Shown here: one piece after another, positions 1-9,394 of the stretch
How positions within the stretch are numbered: the first letter of the stretch is position 1
Layout of the letters: each line of letters opens with the position of its first letter
Assembly (NCBI GenBank): GCA_045539815.1
Contig: JAZQGC010000038.1
Coordinates: 925-64,924, forward strand
Origin: Candidatus Enterousia sp.
GTDB lineage: Bacteria; Pseudomonadota; Alphaproteobacteria; Rs-D84
Direction of reading: 5' to 3'
DNA length: 64,000 bases
Position numbers and translations under genes: made by a program
The notes under the pieces: generated by a model
Database searches by the model: none
Told to the model about the DNA's origin: nothing
Seen by the model: the letters and a program-made list of their open reading frames with translations, nothing else

Positions 1-95
1 TAAAATGTCTGAATTGCCAGACAGTGGTGAAATGATGGTACGCGATGCAGTATCTTTGTGTCATACCGGGATAAAATTAAAAGAAAATCTGTGAT

Positions 96-773
96 ATGTG
101 GCGCATTTTATTGTTATTATTTCTGACTGGCTGTTGTGCAAATCCGATGGGCCAGTCTTTTTTGGGGACAAAATATATAAATTCCCCATTGGGCGAAGGA
201 ATTACGCCCGATACAGATCCGCTGTTCAGGACAGACGCATTTGATTGTGTAACGTTTGTAGAAACCGTCCTGGCAGATTCAGATGTAACAAAATTAAATC
301 AAATCAGATATAAAAATGGTAATGTAAGCTTCCTGGACAGGAATCATTTTATTGAAACAGATTGGACGACCAATAACGCGAATTTGGTTGAAAATGTTAG
401 TGCTAAATATGCAAAAACTGCGTACAGAACTGTTGTAATCGATAAAAAGTCTTGGTTTAAACAGAATTATAATATAGATACTGATTTTGCGCCAGAAACA
501 GTTAATCTGGAATATATCCCGTATGAAAATATTACAGAATTAAATATAAATAAAGCTGTTATCGTAATGTTTGTTGCTGACAAGCCAAAAATTCGTGATA
601 AAATAGGTACAGATTTGGCAATATTTCATATGGGATTATTGTTGCCTGGGGGCGTCTTGCGACACGCGTCCAGTCAGCAAAAATCTGTTGTGGATGTTGA
701 TTTTTATGAATATATTGCACAAAAGAAACAGGATAAAACAAATTTGGGAATTATATTGGTAAGAATAAAATGA
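96..773 (+). CDS. putative lipoprotein, DUF1460-like
   Basis: 225-aa ORF. Signal peptide with lipobox LFLTGC. FDCVTFVE motif as in DUF1460-family proteins. Stop overlaps the tsaD ATG (ATGA). Confidence 0.6.
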   Translation: MWRILLLLFLTGCCANPMGQSFLGTKYINSPLGEGITPDTDPLFRTDAFDCVTFVETVLADSDVTKLNQIRYKNGNVSFLDRNHFIETDWTTNNANLVENVSAKYAKTAYRTVVIDKKSWFKQNYNIDTDFAPETVNLEYIPYENITELNINKAVIVMFVADKPKIRDKIGTDLAIFHMGLLLPGGVLRHASSQQKSVVDVDFYEYIAQKKQDKTNLGIILVRIK

Positions 774-1891
774 ATACAGACAAAATTATTCAAATTGATA
801 TGGGTGCAATGGACGGCAATAAACATAGTGACAAGCCTGTTTTGTGCCTGGGGATTGAATCTTCGTGTGATGAAACATCTGCTGCAATTGTGGACAGCGA
901 TAAAAACATATTGTCGCATATCGTATATTCGCAAATTCCAGAACACCAACAGTTTGGCGGTGTTGTTCCTGAATTGGCGGCACGCGCACATATTTTGGCC
1001 ATAGAATCCGTTATAAAACAAACATTAGAAAAAGCCAATAAAAACATAACTGATATTGATGTTATTGCGGCGACGGCGGGACCTGGATTAATTGGCGGGG
1101 TTTTGGTCGGATGGATGGCTGCAACTGGCATTGCGCAATCTTTGAATAAACCACTGGTCGCCGTAAACCACCTGGAAGGACATGCACTGGTTCCGCGTTT
1201 AAAGGCCGCACGCGCCGACGGCAGTGGCGAAGATGCAAATGTTGAATTTCCTTATTTGCTGGTACTGGCGTCGGGCGGACATTGTCAGATTCTGTTGGTG
1301 TTGGGCGTTGGCAAATATCAATTAATTGGACAAACACTGGATGACAGCGCGGGCGAAGCGTTTGATAAAGTATCAAAAATGTTAGGATTGGGATATCCTG
1401 GCGGACCAATTGTTGATTCACGTGCACAAAACGGAAACGAAAAAGCCTTTGATTTTCCACGTCCGCTGTGTGATAAGCCAGGGTGCGATTTTTCGTTTAG
1501 CGGCATAAAAACTGCGGCACGCACTTTCTTGAATCGTGCAACAACGCCATTGACAGATGAATATATTAATGATTTTTGCGCATCTTTTCAGGCGTCTGTG
1601 GTCGACTGTATCATCAATCGATTGTCAAACGCGATAAAAGACGAACGGGTAAAACAGGCCGCGCCAAAATCACTGGTTGTTGCAGGCGGTGTTGCAAAAA
1701 ACACTGCGATACGCGCAGCAATGGAAAAATTTGCCATGCAAAATAAAATGATTTTTGCCGCCCCACCAATGAATTTGTGTACAGACAATGGGGCAATGAT
1801 TGCATGGGCAGGATTGGAAAACTTTATGGTCGGCAATATTGTTACAGAACCTGTTGCGCCCCGCCCCAGATGGCCACTGACAGACCTGTAA
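770..1891 (+). CDS. tsaD: tRNA N6-adenosine threonylcarbamoyltransferase TsaD
   Basis: 373-aa ORF with GIESSCDETSAAIV, AVNHLEGH and GYPGGP motifs typical of TsaD/Kae1. Confidence 0.95.
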   Translation: MNTDKIIQIDMGAMDGNKHSDKPVLCLGIESSCDETSAAIVDSDKNILSHIVYSQIPEHQQFGGVVPELAARAHILAIESVIKQTLEKANKNITDIDVIAATAGPGLIGGVLVGWMAATGIAQSLNKPLVAVNHLEGHALVPRLKAARADGSGEDANVEFPYLLVLASGGHCQILLVLGVGKYQLIGQTLDDSAGEAFDKVSKMLGLGYPGGPIVDSRAQNGNEKAFDFPRPLCDKPGCDFSFSGIKTAARTFLNRATTPLTDEYINDFCASFQASVVDCIINRLSNAIKDERVKQAAPKSLVVAGGVAKNTAIRAAMEKFAMQNKMIFAAPPMNLCTDNGAMIAWAGLENFMVGNIVTEPVAPRPRWPLTDL

Positions 1892-1895
1892 TTTT

Positions 1896-2876
1896 TTAGC
1901 GGGAATTTTCAACGGCTGACATTTGCGCTTGTATCAAGTGTTTATCTTGGGCGTTTGTTACAGATGCCCTGGCCGTATCCAATATACGAAATGCCATTTG
2001 TGTTTCGCCATGCAACATTTCCAAACGAATTTTAATACTTTTATTATTTGGATTTTTTAATATTTGAACACCAGACCATTTTACCGACTGTAATGCGTTG
2101 CGCAAGCTTGCCAGTGCAGGATTCGCATTTGTTATTATTGGGCGTTCTTGGGGGATTTTATTTAATTCCGTAACCAACCTGTTAACATCCAACCATTTCA
2201 GATTTGCATAGTTGCGATATATCATATCATGGGCATTTTCATATTTTGCGTCCGCAACATCAATAACAGATAACTTTTTTGTTTCAGTGTTATAAAATAC
2301 ATTATGTTCATTTATGTCGCCATGCGAAAATACGACATTGGCATCGTTTAATGTTTCTGTATCAAAAAAGGCCTTGGCTTTTCTTAGTTGTTCGATTTCT
2401 GGTTTTTTAAGAAATTTTTTCATATGATTTAAAATATATGCAAATGTCGGCGTAACATCATGTTTGTGTTTGTCGCCGGGCATATCAAAAAATTCTGATT
2501 GTGTTAAGATTGGTTTATATGTGGCCATGTCGCAAATAAAATGCGCCAGTCCGCGGTATATAATATCTTTATCTGCGTCAGACAGTGTTTTAACAAAATT
2601 ATTTGTTAACGGTTGACCATATACACGTTCTTCGACAACAGATAATGTATCACATGATATTTCCAACATCTGTGGGACAAAATATGCAGGATTCTTTTTT
2701 GAACGCAAAAAATCTTGAATCTTCTGGGCACTTTTTTGTTTTTCCAGCCAAACCGTTTGTTGTGTGGCGCCATGCAAATTTATTGGACGCTTTACAACCG
2801 TATTGTCAAGTGAAAAAACAGCAGTTTCACGCGGTACATTTGTATTTAATTGTTGCAATTTTTCCAGATTGCTCAT
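1896..2876 (-). CDS. APH/choline-kinase-family phosphotransferase
   Basis: 326-aa ORF with HGDINEHNVFYN ... SVIDVADA, matching the HGD-x4-N / ID-x-D kinase catalytic motifs. Confidence 0.7.
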   Translation of the reverse strand: MSNLEKLQQLNTNVPRETAVFSLDNTVVKRPINLHGATQQTVWLEKQKSAQKIQDFLRSKKNPAYFVPQMLEISCDTLSVVEERVYGQPLTNNFVKTLSDADKDIIYRGLAHFICDMATYKPILTQSEFFDMPGDKHKHDVTPTFAYILNHMKKFLKKPEIEQLRKAKAFFDTETLNDANVVFSHGDINEHNVFYNTETKKLSVIDVADAKYENAHDMIYRNYANLKWLDVNRLVTELNKIPQERPIITNANPALASLRNALQSVKWSGVQILKNPNNKSIKIRLEMLHGETQMAFRILDTARASVTNAQDKHLIQAQMSAVENSR

Positions 2877-2920
2877 AATATATCTCCATCAATTATCAAA
2901 CAGATTATACCAGTAAAATC

Positions 2921-4153
2921 ATGCAAAAACCAGAACCTTTTGTTAAACCAGATATGATTTTCAGCGTTTCAGATGCATCGGCGCTGTTGAAAAACGTTGT
3001 AGAAACGGCTTTCCCACGAATAAAAATTCGCGGTGAATTATCACAAATTACACGCGCAACATCTGGACATATTTATATGACAATCAAGGATGCAGGTGCC
3101 GCAATTTCTGTGATTGTATGGCGTGGAACACCGCTGAATTTTAAGTTGGAAGATGGACTGGAAGTAATTATTACAGGACGTTTTACAACGTATCCTGCAC
3201 GCAGCAACTATCAGATTATTGCCAGCGAAATTGAAATGGCGGGCGTTGGCGCAATCTTGAAAATGCTAGAAATGCGCAAACAAAAACTGGCGAGTGAAGG
3301 TTTGTTTGATGAATCCAGAAAAAAACCGTTACCAAAACTGCCACAAACAATTGGCGTGGTAACCAGCCCAACTGGTGCCGCGTTTCAAGATATACAAAAC
3401 AGATTGCGCGAAAGATTCCCTGTACGCGTGTTATTATATCCTGCAACGGTCCAGGGGGTAACAGCCGCAGCAGAAGTTGCCGCAGGTATAGAATATTTCA
3501 ACAAAATGCAAAATGTTGATGTTATTATCGTGGCACGTGGCGGTGGCTCGTTGGAAGATTTATTGCCCTTTTCCGAAGAAATTGTTGTTCGTGCGGCCGC
3601 AGCCAGTAAAATACCATTAATATCTGGTGTTGGGCACGAACCTGATTGGATGCTGATTGATTTTGCAGCTGATTATCGTGCGCCAACACCAACCGGCGCA
3701 GCAGAAGCGGTTGTGCCGACAAAATTATCTTTGATTCAGGATTTGGATAATCTGTGGGTTCGTTTGTCCGGGATGTTTACAACACGTTTAATGAACGCAA
3801 AACAACGTATCGATGCAATTAATATCAAAAGCCCAAAACAGATGTTAATGGAACAAACACAACGCTTGGACGATTTGGGACGATCTTTGAATATCATTAT
3901 TAACACCAAGATTGTTGCCGCACAACAAAAAATGGAAACAGTATCTGGATTTGCGAACATACTACAAAACCAGATGACCGCGTTGGGACAATCTGTATTA
4001 CACATGGAACAAATGTTAAAATCATTAAGTTATAAAAGCGTATTATCACGTGGATACGCCATTGTGCGTGACGCAGACAACAATATCATCAGTAACGCTG
4101 GCAAGGCTGTCCCAAAATCGATTGAATTTGCAGACGGAATTGTACAGTTGTAA
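2921..4153 (+). CDS. xseA: exodeoxyribonuclease VII large subunit
   Basis: 410-aa ORF. N-terminal OB-fold region (IKIRGELSQI) and central VIIVARGGGSLEDL motif typical of XseA. Confidence 0.9.
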   Translation: MQKPEPFVKPDMIFSVSDASALLKNVVETAFPRIKIRGELSQITRATSGHIYMTIKDAGAAISVIVWRGTPLNFKLEDGLEVIITGRFTTYPARSNYQIIASEIEMAGVGAILKMLEMRKQKLASEGLFDESRKKPLPKLPQTIGVVTSPTGAAFQDIQNRLRERFPVRVLLYPATVQGVTAAAEVAAGIEYFNKMQNVDVIIVARGGGSLEDLLPFSEEIVVRAAAASKIPLISGVGHEPDWMLIDFAADYRAPTPTGAAEAVVPTKLSLIQDLDNLWVRLSGMFTTRLMNAKQRIDAINIKSPKQMLMEQTQRLDDLGRSLNIIINTKIVAAQQKMETVSGFANILQNQMTALGQSVLHMEQMLKSLSYKSVLSRGYAIVRDADNNIISNAGKAVPKSIEFADGIVQL

Positions 4154-4176
4154 AAACCGCCATTGGCGGTTTTTTG
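4152..4176. terminator. bidirectional rho-independent terminator
   Basis: ACCGCC-ATT-GGCGGT hairpin flanked by an A-run and a T-run, between convergent xseA and the 135-aa ORF. Confidence 0.6.
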
Positions 4177-4584
4177 TTATCGGACGTACTGTTGTTGATG
4201 CTGTAACAATAAACGCAAATTAGTATTTTTATTTAATGTTGGTTTTATATTATTTTGACGCAAATATTCCAAGACATCGAAATACAAACATACAGCATCG
4301 ATTATATTCAACTTGCTGTAAATGTTGTCATGATATTTTGGCGACAAGAAATCAATATAGCGTTTATTATCAGTCTTATACGAATGCACCATTGACGCAC
4401 AATAACCATACTTTGAACTGTTTTTATCATTGTATATCTTGATTATATCGCCCTTGTTCAATATCGGTTGTTGACGATATATAATAAATTCATGTTTTGT
4501 TGATAAATTTATATTTACAGGGCTTACAAACAGGCGCTGTTGACGACCGTCGGGAAAAGCGTCCCGCACAATAAGTTTTTCCAT
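4177..4584 (-). CDS. hypothetical protein
   Basis: 135-aa ORF directly downstream of recN on the same strand. No recognisable motif. Confidence 0.45.
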   Translation of the reverse strand: MEKLIVRDAFPDGRQQRLFVSPVNINLSTKHEFIIYRQQPILNKGDIIKIYNDKNSSKYGYCASMVHSYKTDNKRYIDFLSPKYHDNIYSKLNIIDAVCLYFDVLEYLRQNNIKPTLNKNTNLRLLLQHQQQYVR

Positions 4585-4588
4585 TTTT

Positions 4589-6241
4589 TTATTCCTTGAT
4601 TAATGTTTTTGCCATTGATATTGATTCTGGCGTAATTTCTGCGCCACTGATAATGCGCGCAATTTCGTTTATACGATCTGTATCAGATATTTTACATACT
4701 GATGTTGTTGTTTTGTTGTCTGTGACGGATTTTGAAATCTTGAAGTGCAAATCTGCAAATCCTGCCACCTGGGCAGAATGCGTTATAACCAAAGCCTGTG
4801 AAGACTGGGCCAGACGATTTAAACGGGCGCCAACAGCAGATGCCGTTGAACCACTGATACCTGTGTCAACTTCGTCAAAAACAAATGTGTGACAATTATC
4901 AACACCCGCCAGAACAACACGAAACGCCAGCATTAAACGTGCCAATTCACCACCAGATGCCGATTTGTGTAATGGCGCAAACGGTGCACCAGGGTTTGTT
5001 TTTATTAAAAATGTAACATCGTCCGTTCCCATGGCGCCGGGGGCGGCGTTTGTAAAATCGGTTACAAAATCTGTCCCGCCAAGTTTTAAATCAGGCAATT
5101 CCGATAATAACGCCTGGCGCAATTGTTCAGCGGCATGTTTGCGTGCATCAGATAATTTTTTTGTCGCAGTATCGTACAACTGTTTGTTTAGATAAACCTG
5201 TTGTGTCAGTTTGTGTAATTCTGCGTCAGAATTATCAATCTGATTCAATTGTTGGGTCATGCGATTTAACAATTCAGGTAATTCATCCGGTTGAACACGA
5301 TGCTTGCGCGCGGCGGCACGGATTGCAAACAAACGCTCTTCAACAGATTCCAGATTATCCGTATCAATATTTTCCGGTTGCAAGGATTGACTGATTTCTG
5401 CAACAGATTCCGCAATATCATACAACCTATCGATTTGATCTGAATACGGATTGTCATCACCCCGTATGCGTTGCAATATGTGCGCAACATTAAATAATTG
5501 AGATTCAATTGTATTGCCGCGCGGTGCCAAGGCTTCCAACGCTTCGTTCAAAATTGCTGTATTCTTTTCTGCGTTCATCATAATGGCGCGTTTCGCAGAT
5601 AATTCTTCTTCTTCGCCAACCTGTGGATTTAATGCGCTTAGTTCAGAAACATTATGTTTCAAGAAGTCGCGTTCAGACGCGCTGCGCGATATCAGTTCTT
5701 GTAATTCTGTCAGGCGCAATTGTGTTGTGTGATATTTTGCGTATGTGTCATGTACATCTGATAACAATGCGGAAAAATTATCAATGTGATTCTGGGCATA
5801 TATATCCAATGTCTTGCGGTGTGTTGCCTGATTTAACAAATTATGATTCGCAAATTGACCATGTATTTCAATCAAAGTATCGCCAATTTGTTTTAACGTT
5901 TTTATCGATACAGGCACATCATTTATCCATGCGCGACTTTTACCGTCTGAATTTAGTGTGCGACGCAATATTAAACCATCTGTGGAAACAATATCAAATT
6001 CAGATAAAATACCAACAGCCTCGTGTGGTGTGCTGTCAAATTCTGCGGTAACAGACGCAGATTCGCATCCATGTCGTATCAAACCAACATCAGATCGTGC
6101 GCCCAGCGCCAAAGACAATGCGTCTAATAAAATACTTTTGCCCGCCCCTGTTTCGCCAGTCAAAATATTTAAACCCGCGCCAAATTCCAGATTTAGCCGT
6201 TCTATTAAAACAATGTTACTGATGCTTAAACCGATTAACAT
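4589..6241 (-). CDS. recN: DNA repair protein RecN
   Basis: 550-aa ORF. N-terminal Walker A TGETGAGKSILLDAL, long coiled-coil middle, C-terminal SGGELARLMLAF signature and FDEVDTG Walker B. Confidence 0.95.
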   Translation of the reverse strand: MLIGLSISNIVLIERLNLEFGAGLNILTGETGAGKSILLDALSLALGARSDVGLIRHGCESASVTAEFDSTPHEAVGILSEFDIVSTDGLILRRTLNSDGKSRAWINDVPVSIKTLKQIGDTLIEIHGQFANHNLLNQATHRKTLDIYAQNHIDNFSALLSDVHDTYAKYHTTQLRLTELQELISRSASERDFLKHNVSELSALNPQVGEEEELSAKRAIMMNAEKNTAILNEALEALAPRGNTIESQLFNVAHILQRIRGDDNPYSDQIDRLYDIAESVAEISQSLQPENIDTDNLESVEERLFAIRAAARKHRVQPDELPELLNRMTQQLNQIDNSDAELHKLTQQVYLNKQLYDTATKKLSDARKHAAEQLRQALLSELPDLKLGGTDFVTDFTNAAPGAMGTDDVTFLIKTNPGAPFAPLHKSASGGELARLMLAFRVVLAGVDNCHTFVFDEVDTGISGSTASAVGARLNRLAQSSQALVITHSAQVAGFADLHFKISKSVTDNKTTTSVCKISDTDRINEIARIISGAEITPESISMAKTLIKE

Positions 6242-6262
6242 GCACGGATTATAATTTATAAA

Positions 6263-6703
6263 CTATACAGTTTCCAGCACAAAATCATGCGTCCATAACA
6301 AGTGTCCCCGCACAGAGTACGTAGGATAAATCTGTTGAACTAATTTTATATATTCCCGTATTTGCAAAATATATTTGTCGCGATACATATCGGGATTTAC
6401 GTCTGTTTTATAGTCAATGATATCAACTGATTTTTGTTCGTGATTAATACATAATCTGTCAATGCGTCGCGATACAAAACGACCATTAAGATAACCAGCA
6501 ATTGGAACCTCGGTTTGTGTGCTGGGTGCAAAAAACGGCACCAAGTGCGGATGATTTAAAATTTGTTTAATTATCGTGGCGTCACCGATTGTCCCATCAG
6601 AATCAATAACTATTTTTTGCAGTTTAGCATGCGTTTTAACACCGGTGCCGACCGCATGTTTTATTTGTTCTTGGTCATGTAAAATATTATGCAATGTCTT
6701 CAT
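6263..6703 (-). CDS. addA: AddA C-terminal PD-(D/E)XK nuclease domain encoded as a separate ORF
   Basis: 146-aa ORF with IDRL ... VDIIDYKTD ... Q-x3-Y nuclease motif. Its ATG (6703) lies 17 nt inside the end of the helicase ORF, in another frame. Confidence 0.7.
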   Translation of the reverse strand: MKTLHNILHDQEQIKHAVGTGVKTHAKLQKIVIDSDGTIGDATIIKQILNHPHLVPFFAPSTQTEVPIAGYLNGRFVSRRIDRLCINHEQKSVDIIDYKTDVNPDMYRDKYILQIREYIKLVQQIYPTYSVRGHLLWTHDFVLETV

Positions 6704-9305
6704 TTGTTATCCTGATAAAGTCAGATGTTTGATTGTCAGAAAGTGTTTGCCACAATTGTGTGTGCCAACAATTATCCGGCGCCACGTTGGTTGCACTGTA
6801 TCCATATATATACAACATGTCGCGGGCACGCGTCATCGCAACATATAACAAACGATAATATTCCGATAATTTTGTACTGGCGCATTGGTCAAACAATGTT
6901 TGATATGCAGTGCTGTTCCCGGCATTTACACCCCACAACCATACCGGCCTGTCACCAGATGTTATCGTTAAAATTTTGTCTGGTTTTGGCATACGTGTTG
7001 TATCAATCAAGAACACCACTGGCGCTTCCAAACCTTTGCTGCCATGTACAGTAACAATACGAACACCGGTCGACGCGTTCATGTCGCGAACAACTTCGCT
7101 GCCACCAGTGATAAACCATTTTAAAAAGTCGCGAATTGTACCGGATTGCGTTCTTTCATAAGACAAACATATTGTTATAAATTCTTCTAGCGGATCAATA
7201 ATTTGATTACCAAGTGCAGAAATAAACTTTTGGCGGGTGTTGTCCGTATTTAAAACATCGCAAAAGAACGAATATGGCGCCAATATCTGTGATTTTTCCC
7301 GGATGTGTGCCAATCGTTCGTGAATATCTGGGTGTGTCTCACGCAATACGTTGAAAACATTTGTTAATGGTGCCTGGGGTGAATTTTGTTTTATATCCCG
7401 ATTAATCGTATTTCGTATGGTGCAGATATTATAAATATCAGCTTCTTTCAAATAAAACAACGGGCTTTTTAACACACAACATAAACTGTAATCATCGTAT
7501 TCGTCTGAACACCAACGCGCCAAATTCAACAGATCACGCACAGGCGGATAATCTGGCAAGAAAATTCTGTCACTGCCAGCAACATCAATGCCACGCCGTT
7601 TTAATTCTGTTGTTAACGGTCCGACCAGCAAACTGCGCCGCTGGACCAATATCATAATATCTTTGGCGGTGTGTTTTTTTGTGTTTAACAATCGTTGTAT
7701 TTCATCTGATATAATATTTATATACCCTGTCAATGACGTGTTTTCGTCATCTTGTTTGGAATACAGTTTGTTTATGTACACCAATCCAGCGTCATTTTGC
7801 CGAAAACATTTATGATCATTGTTGATAAATCCTGTTAAATTACGAATTGCGGAATCGGAAAAGAATTTATCCACTGTATGCAATATTGGCGCCACTGAAC
7901 GAAAGCTTTGCGTTAATGGGATTTCTTGGATATCGCGCATATTGTTTTTTATCTGGGCTGCGATGTCATGGCGACTGCGCGCAAACGCGTCAGGATCCGC
8001 CCCTTGAAAGCCGTATATGGATTGTTTTGTATCACCAACAACAAATATGGAATTTGGTGTTTCTGTCGTTTGCGAATCTGTGAAAAAATCACCAGACAAC
8101 ATGCGTAAAATATCCCATTGCAGTGGCGATGTATCTTGGGCCTCGTCAACCAAAATATGCGACAAAGATACGTCCAGTTGGGATAACACCCATCCCATTG
8201 TAGCAGAATCTGAAAACAGCTTTCTGGTATATAAAATCAAGTCTTCAAAATCTAATAAATTACGCTCGTGCTTAATATGACGATATGTTTGATTAAAGGC
8301 AATACATAAATCAAATAATGCAAGTGTGTCTTGGAATATTTTATTGTTTATATTGTATTGATTTACAGAATATACACGTTCCGCCTCGGAAAGTAAAAAG
8401 TCGTTTTTTAATATCTTGGATTGTATATTGCCATCTTGTTTCAAGTACGCTGTTTTGTAAACATCAAAATCAACAGTCGTATCAATATATTGTCTGGTTA
8501 AATTTATAATTTTATCCAGATACTCTACCGGTGTTTTTTTAGTTTTTTGTATGTCTGTGGCATTATTTATAATATTTTCCAATTCAAATTGATTAATATC
8601 GGTTTTTACAACCTGATTCAGATTTAAAAAAATACGCGTCGTATCAATAAAATACTGTCTGTATTTCAGAACATCTGTTATCTGAAATAAATTCTTGTAC
8701 TGACTGCTTAACAGTTGCAACAAATCGTCCAAAAAGTTTTCAGACACACGTTCTACGATATGTTCAAACGCAGAAAATATCCCCTGGTTTTCATACGAGG
8801 TGTTAATCAAACGATTAAACGCATCTTGTAACAAAACCTTTTGCGGGGCGCCAGAAATCAAAGACCAAGCTGGCGATATGCCCGCCTCTATTGGGAAACG
8901 ATGTAAAATCTCTTCACAAAAACCATGTATTGTTTTGATTTTTAACATATCAGGGTTGTCGATATATTTGAAAAACATTTCACGCGCATGCGCAATATCT
9001 GCGTCACTGGCAGGATTATGAACGGCAACAGAAAACAAAGCCGAACGCAAATCTTCGTCTGACATCATGGCCCAGCCGCGCAATGCCGCCAATATCCTGT
9101 TACGCATTTCGCCCGCACCAGCGTTTGTGTAAGTCAAACATAATATACCGCCATTATCATCATTTGACGCACGAAACAAAATTCGCAATAAACGCTGAAC
9201 CAAAACACTGGTTTTTCCGGTTCCGGCATTCGCCTGGACCCATACATTTTCTGATGGATTTGCAGCCAAGTCTTGTTCTGGTGAAAGAATATGTTTTTTT
9301 GCCAT
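6687..9305 (-). CDS. addA: AddA-type UvrD-family helicase (helicase portion of a split addA)
   Basis: 872-aa ORF with helicase motifs ANAGTGKTSVL, ILVDEAQDTSPLQW, VGDTKQSIYGFQGA, TQSFRS, VHGSKGLEAPVVFL and LLYVAMTRARDML. Confidence 0.85.
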   Translation of the reverse strand: MAKKHILSPEQDLAANPSENVWVQANAGTGKTSVLVQRLLRILFRASNDDNGGILCLTYTNAGAGEMRNRILAALRGWAMMSDEDLRSALFSVAVHNPASDADIAHAREMFFKYIDNPDMLKIKTIHGFCEEILHRFPIEAGISPAWSLISGAPQKVLLQDAFNRLINTSYENQGIFSAFEHIVERVSENFLDDLLQLLSSQYKNLFQITDVLKYRQYFIDTTRIFLNLNQVVKTDINQFELENIINNATDIQKTKKTPVEYLDKIINLTRQYIDTTVDFDVYKTAYLKQDGNIQSKILKNDFLLSEAERVYSVNQYNINNKIFQDTLALFDLCIAFNQTYRHIKHERNLLDFEDLILYTRKLFSDSATMGWVLSQLDVSLSHILVDEAQDTSPLQWDILRMLSGDFFTDSQTTETPNSIFVVGDTKQSIYGFQGADPDAFARSRHDIAAQIKNNMRDIQEIPLTQSFRSVAPILHTVDKFFSDSAIRNLTGFINNDHKCFRQNDAGLVYINKLYSKQDDENTSLTGYINIISDEIQRLLNTKKHTAKDIMILVQRRSLLVGPLTTELKRRGIDVAGSDRIFLPDYPPVRDLLNLARWCSDEYDDYSLCCVLKSPLFYLKEADIYNICTIRNTINRDIKQNSPQAPLTNVFNVLRETHPDIHERLAHIREKSQILAPYSFFCDVLNTDNTRQKFISALGNQIIDPLEEFITICLSYERTQSGTIRDFLKWFITGGSEVVRDMNASTGVRIVTVHGSKGLEAPVVFLIDTTRMPKPDKILTITSGDRPVWLWGVNAGNSTAYQTLFDQCASTKLSEYYRLLYVAMTRARDMLYIYGYSATNVAPDNCWHTQLWQTLSDNQTSDFIRITNEDIA

Positions 9306-9394
9306 TTCTGCCCTTGCTTTATGAGTTTGATTTTAGTATAAATCAAAATGAACTGCAAGTTTTATAACACATTGCATTGCACAGGGAGAAAAGG

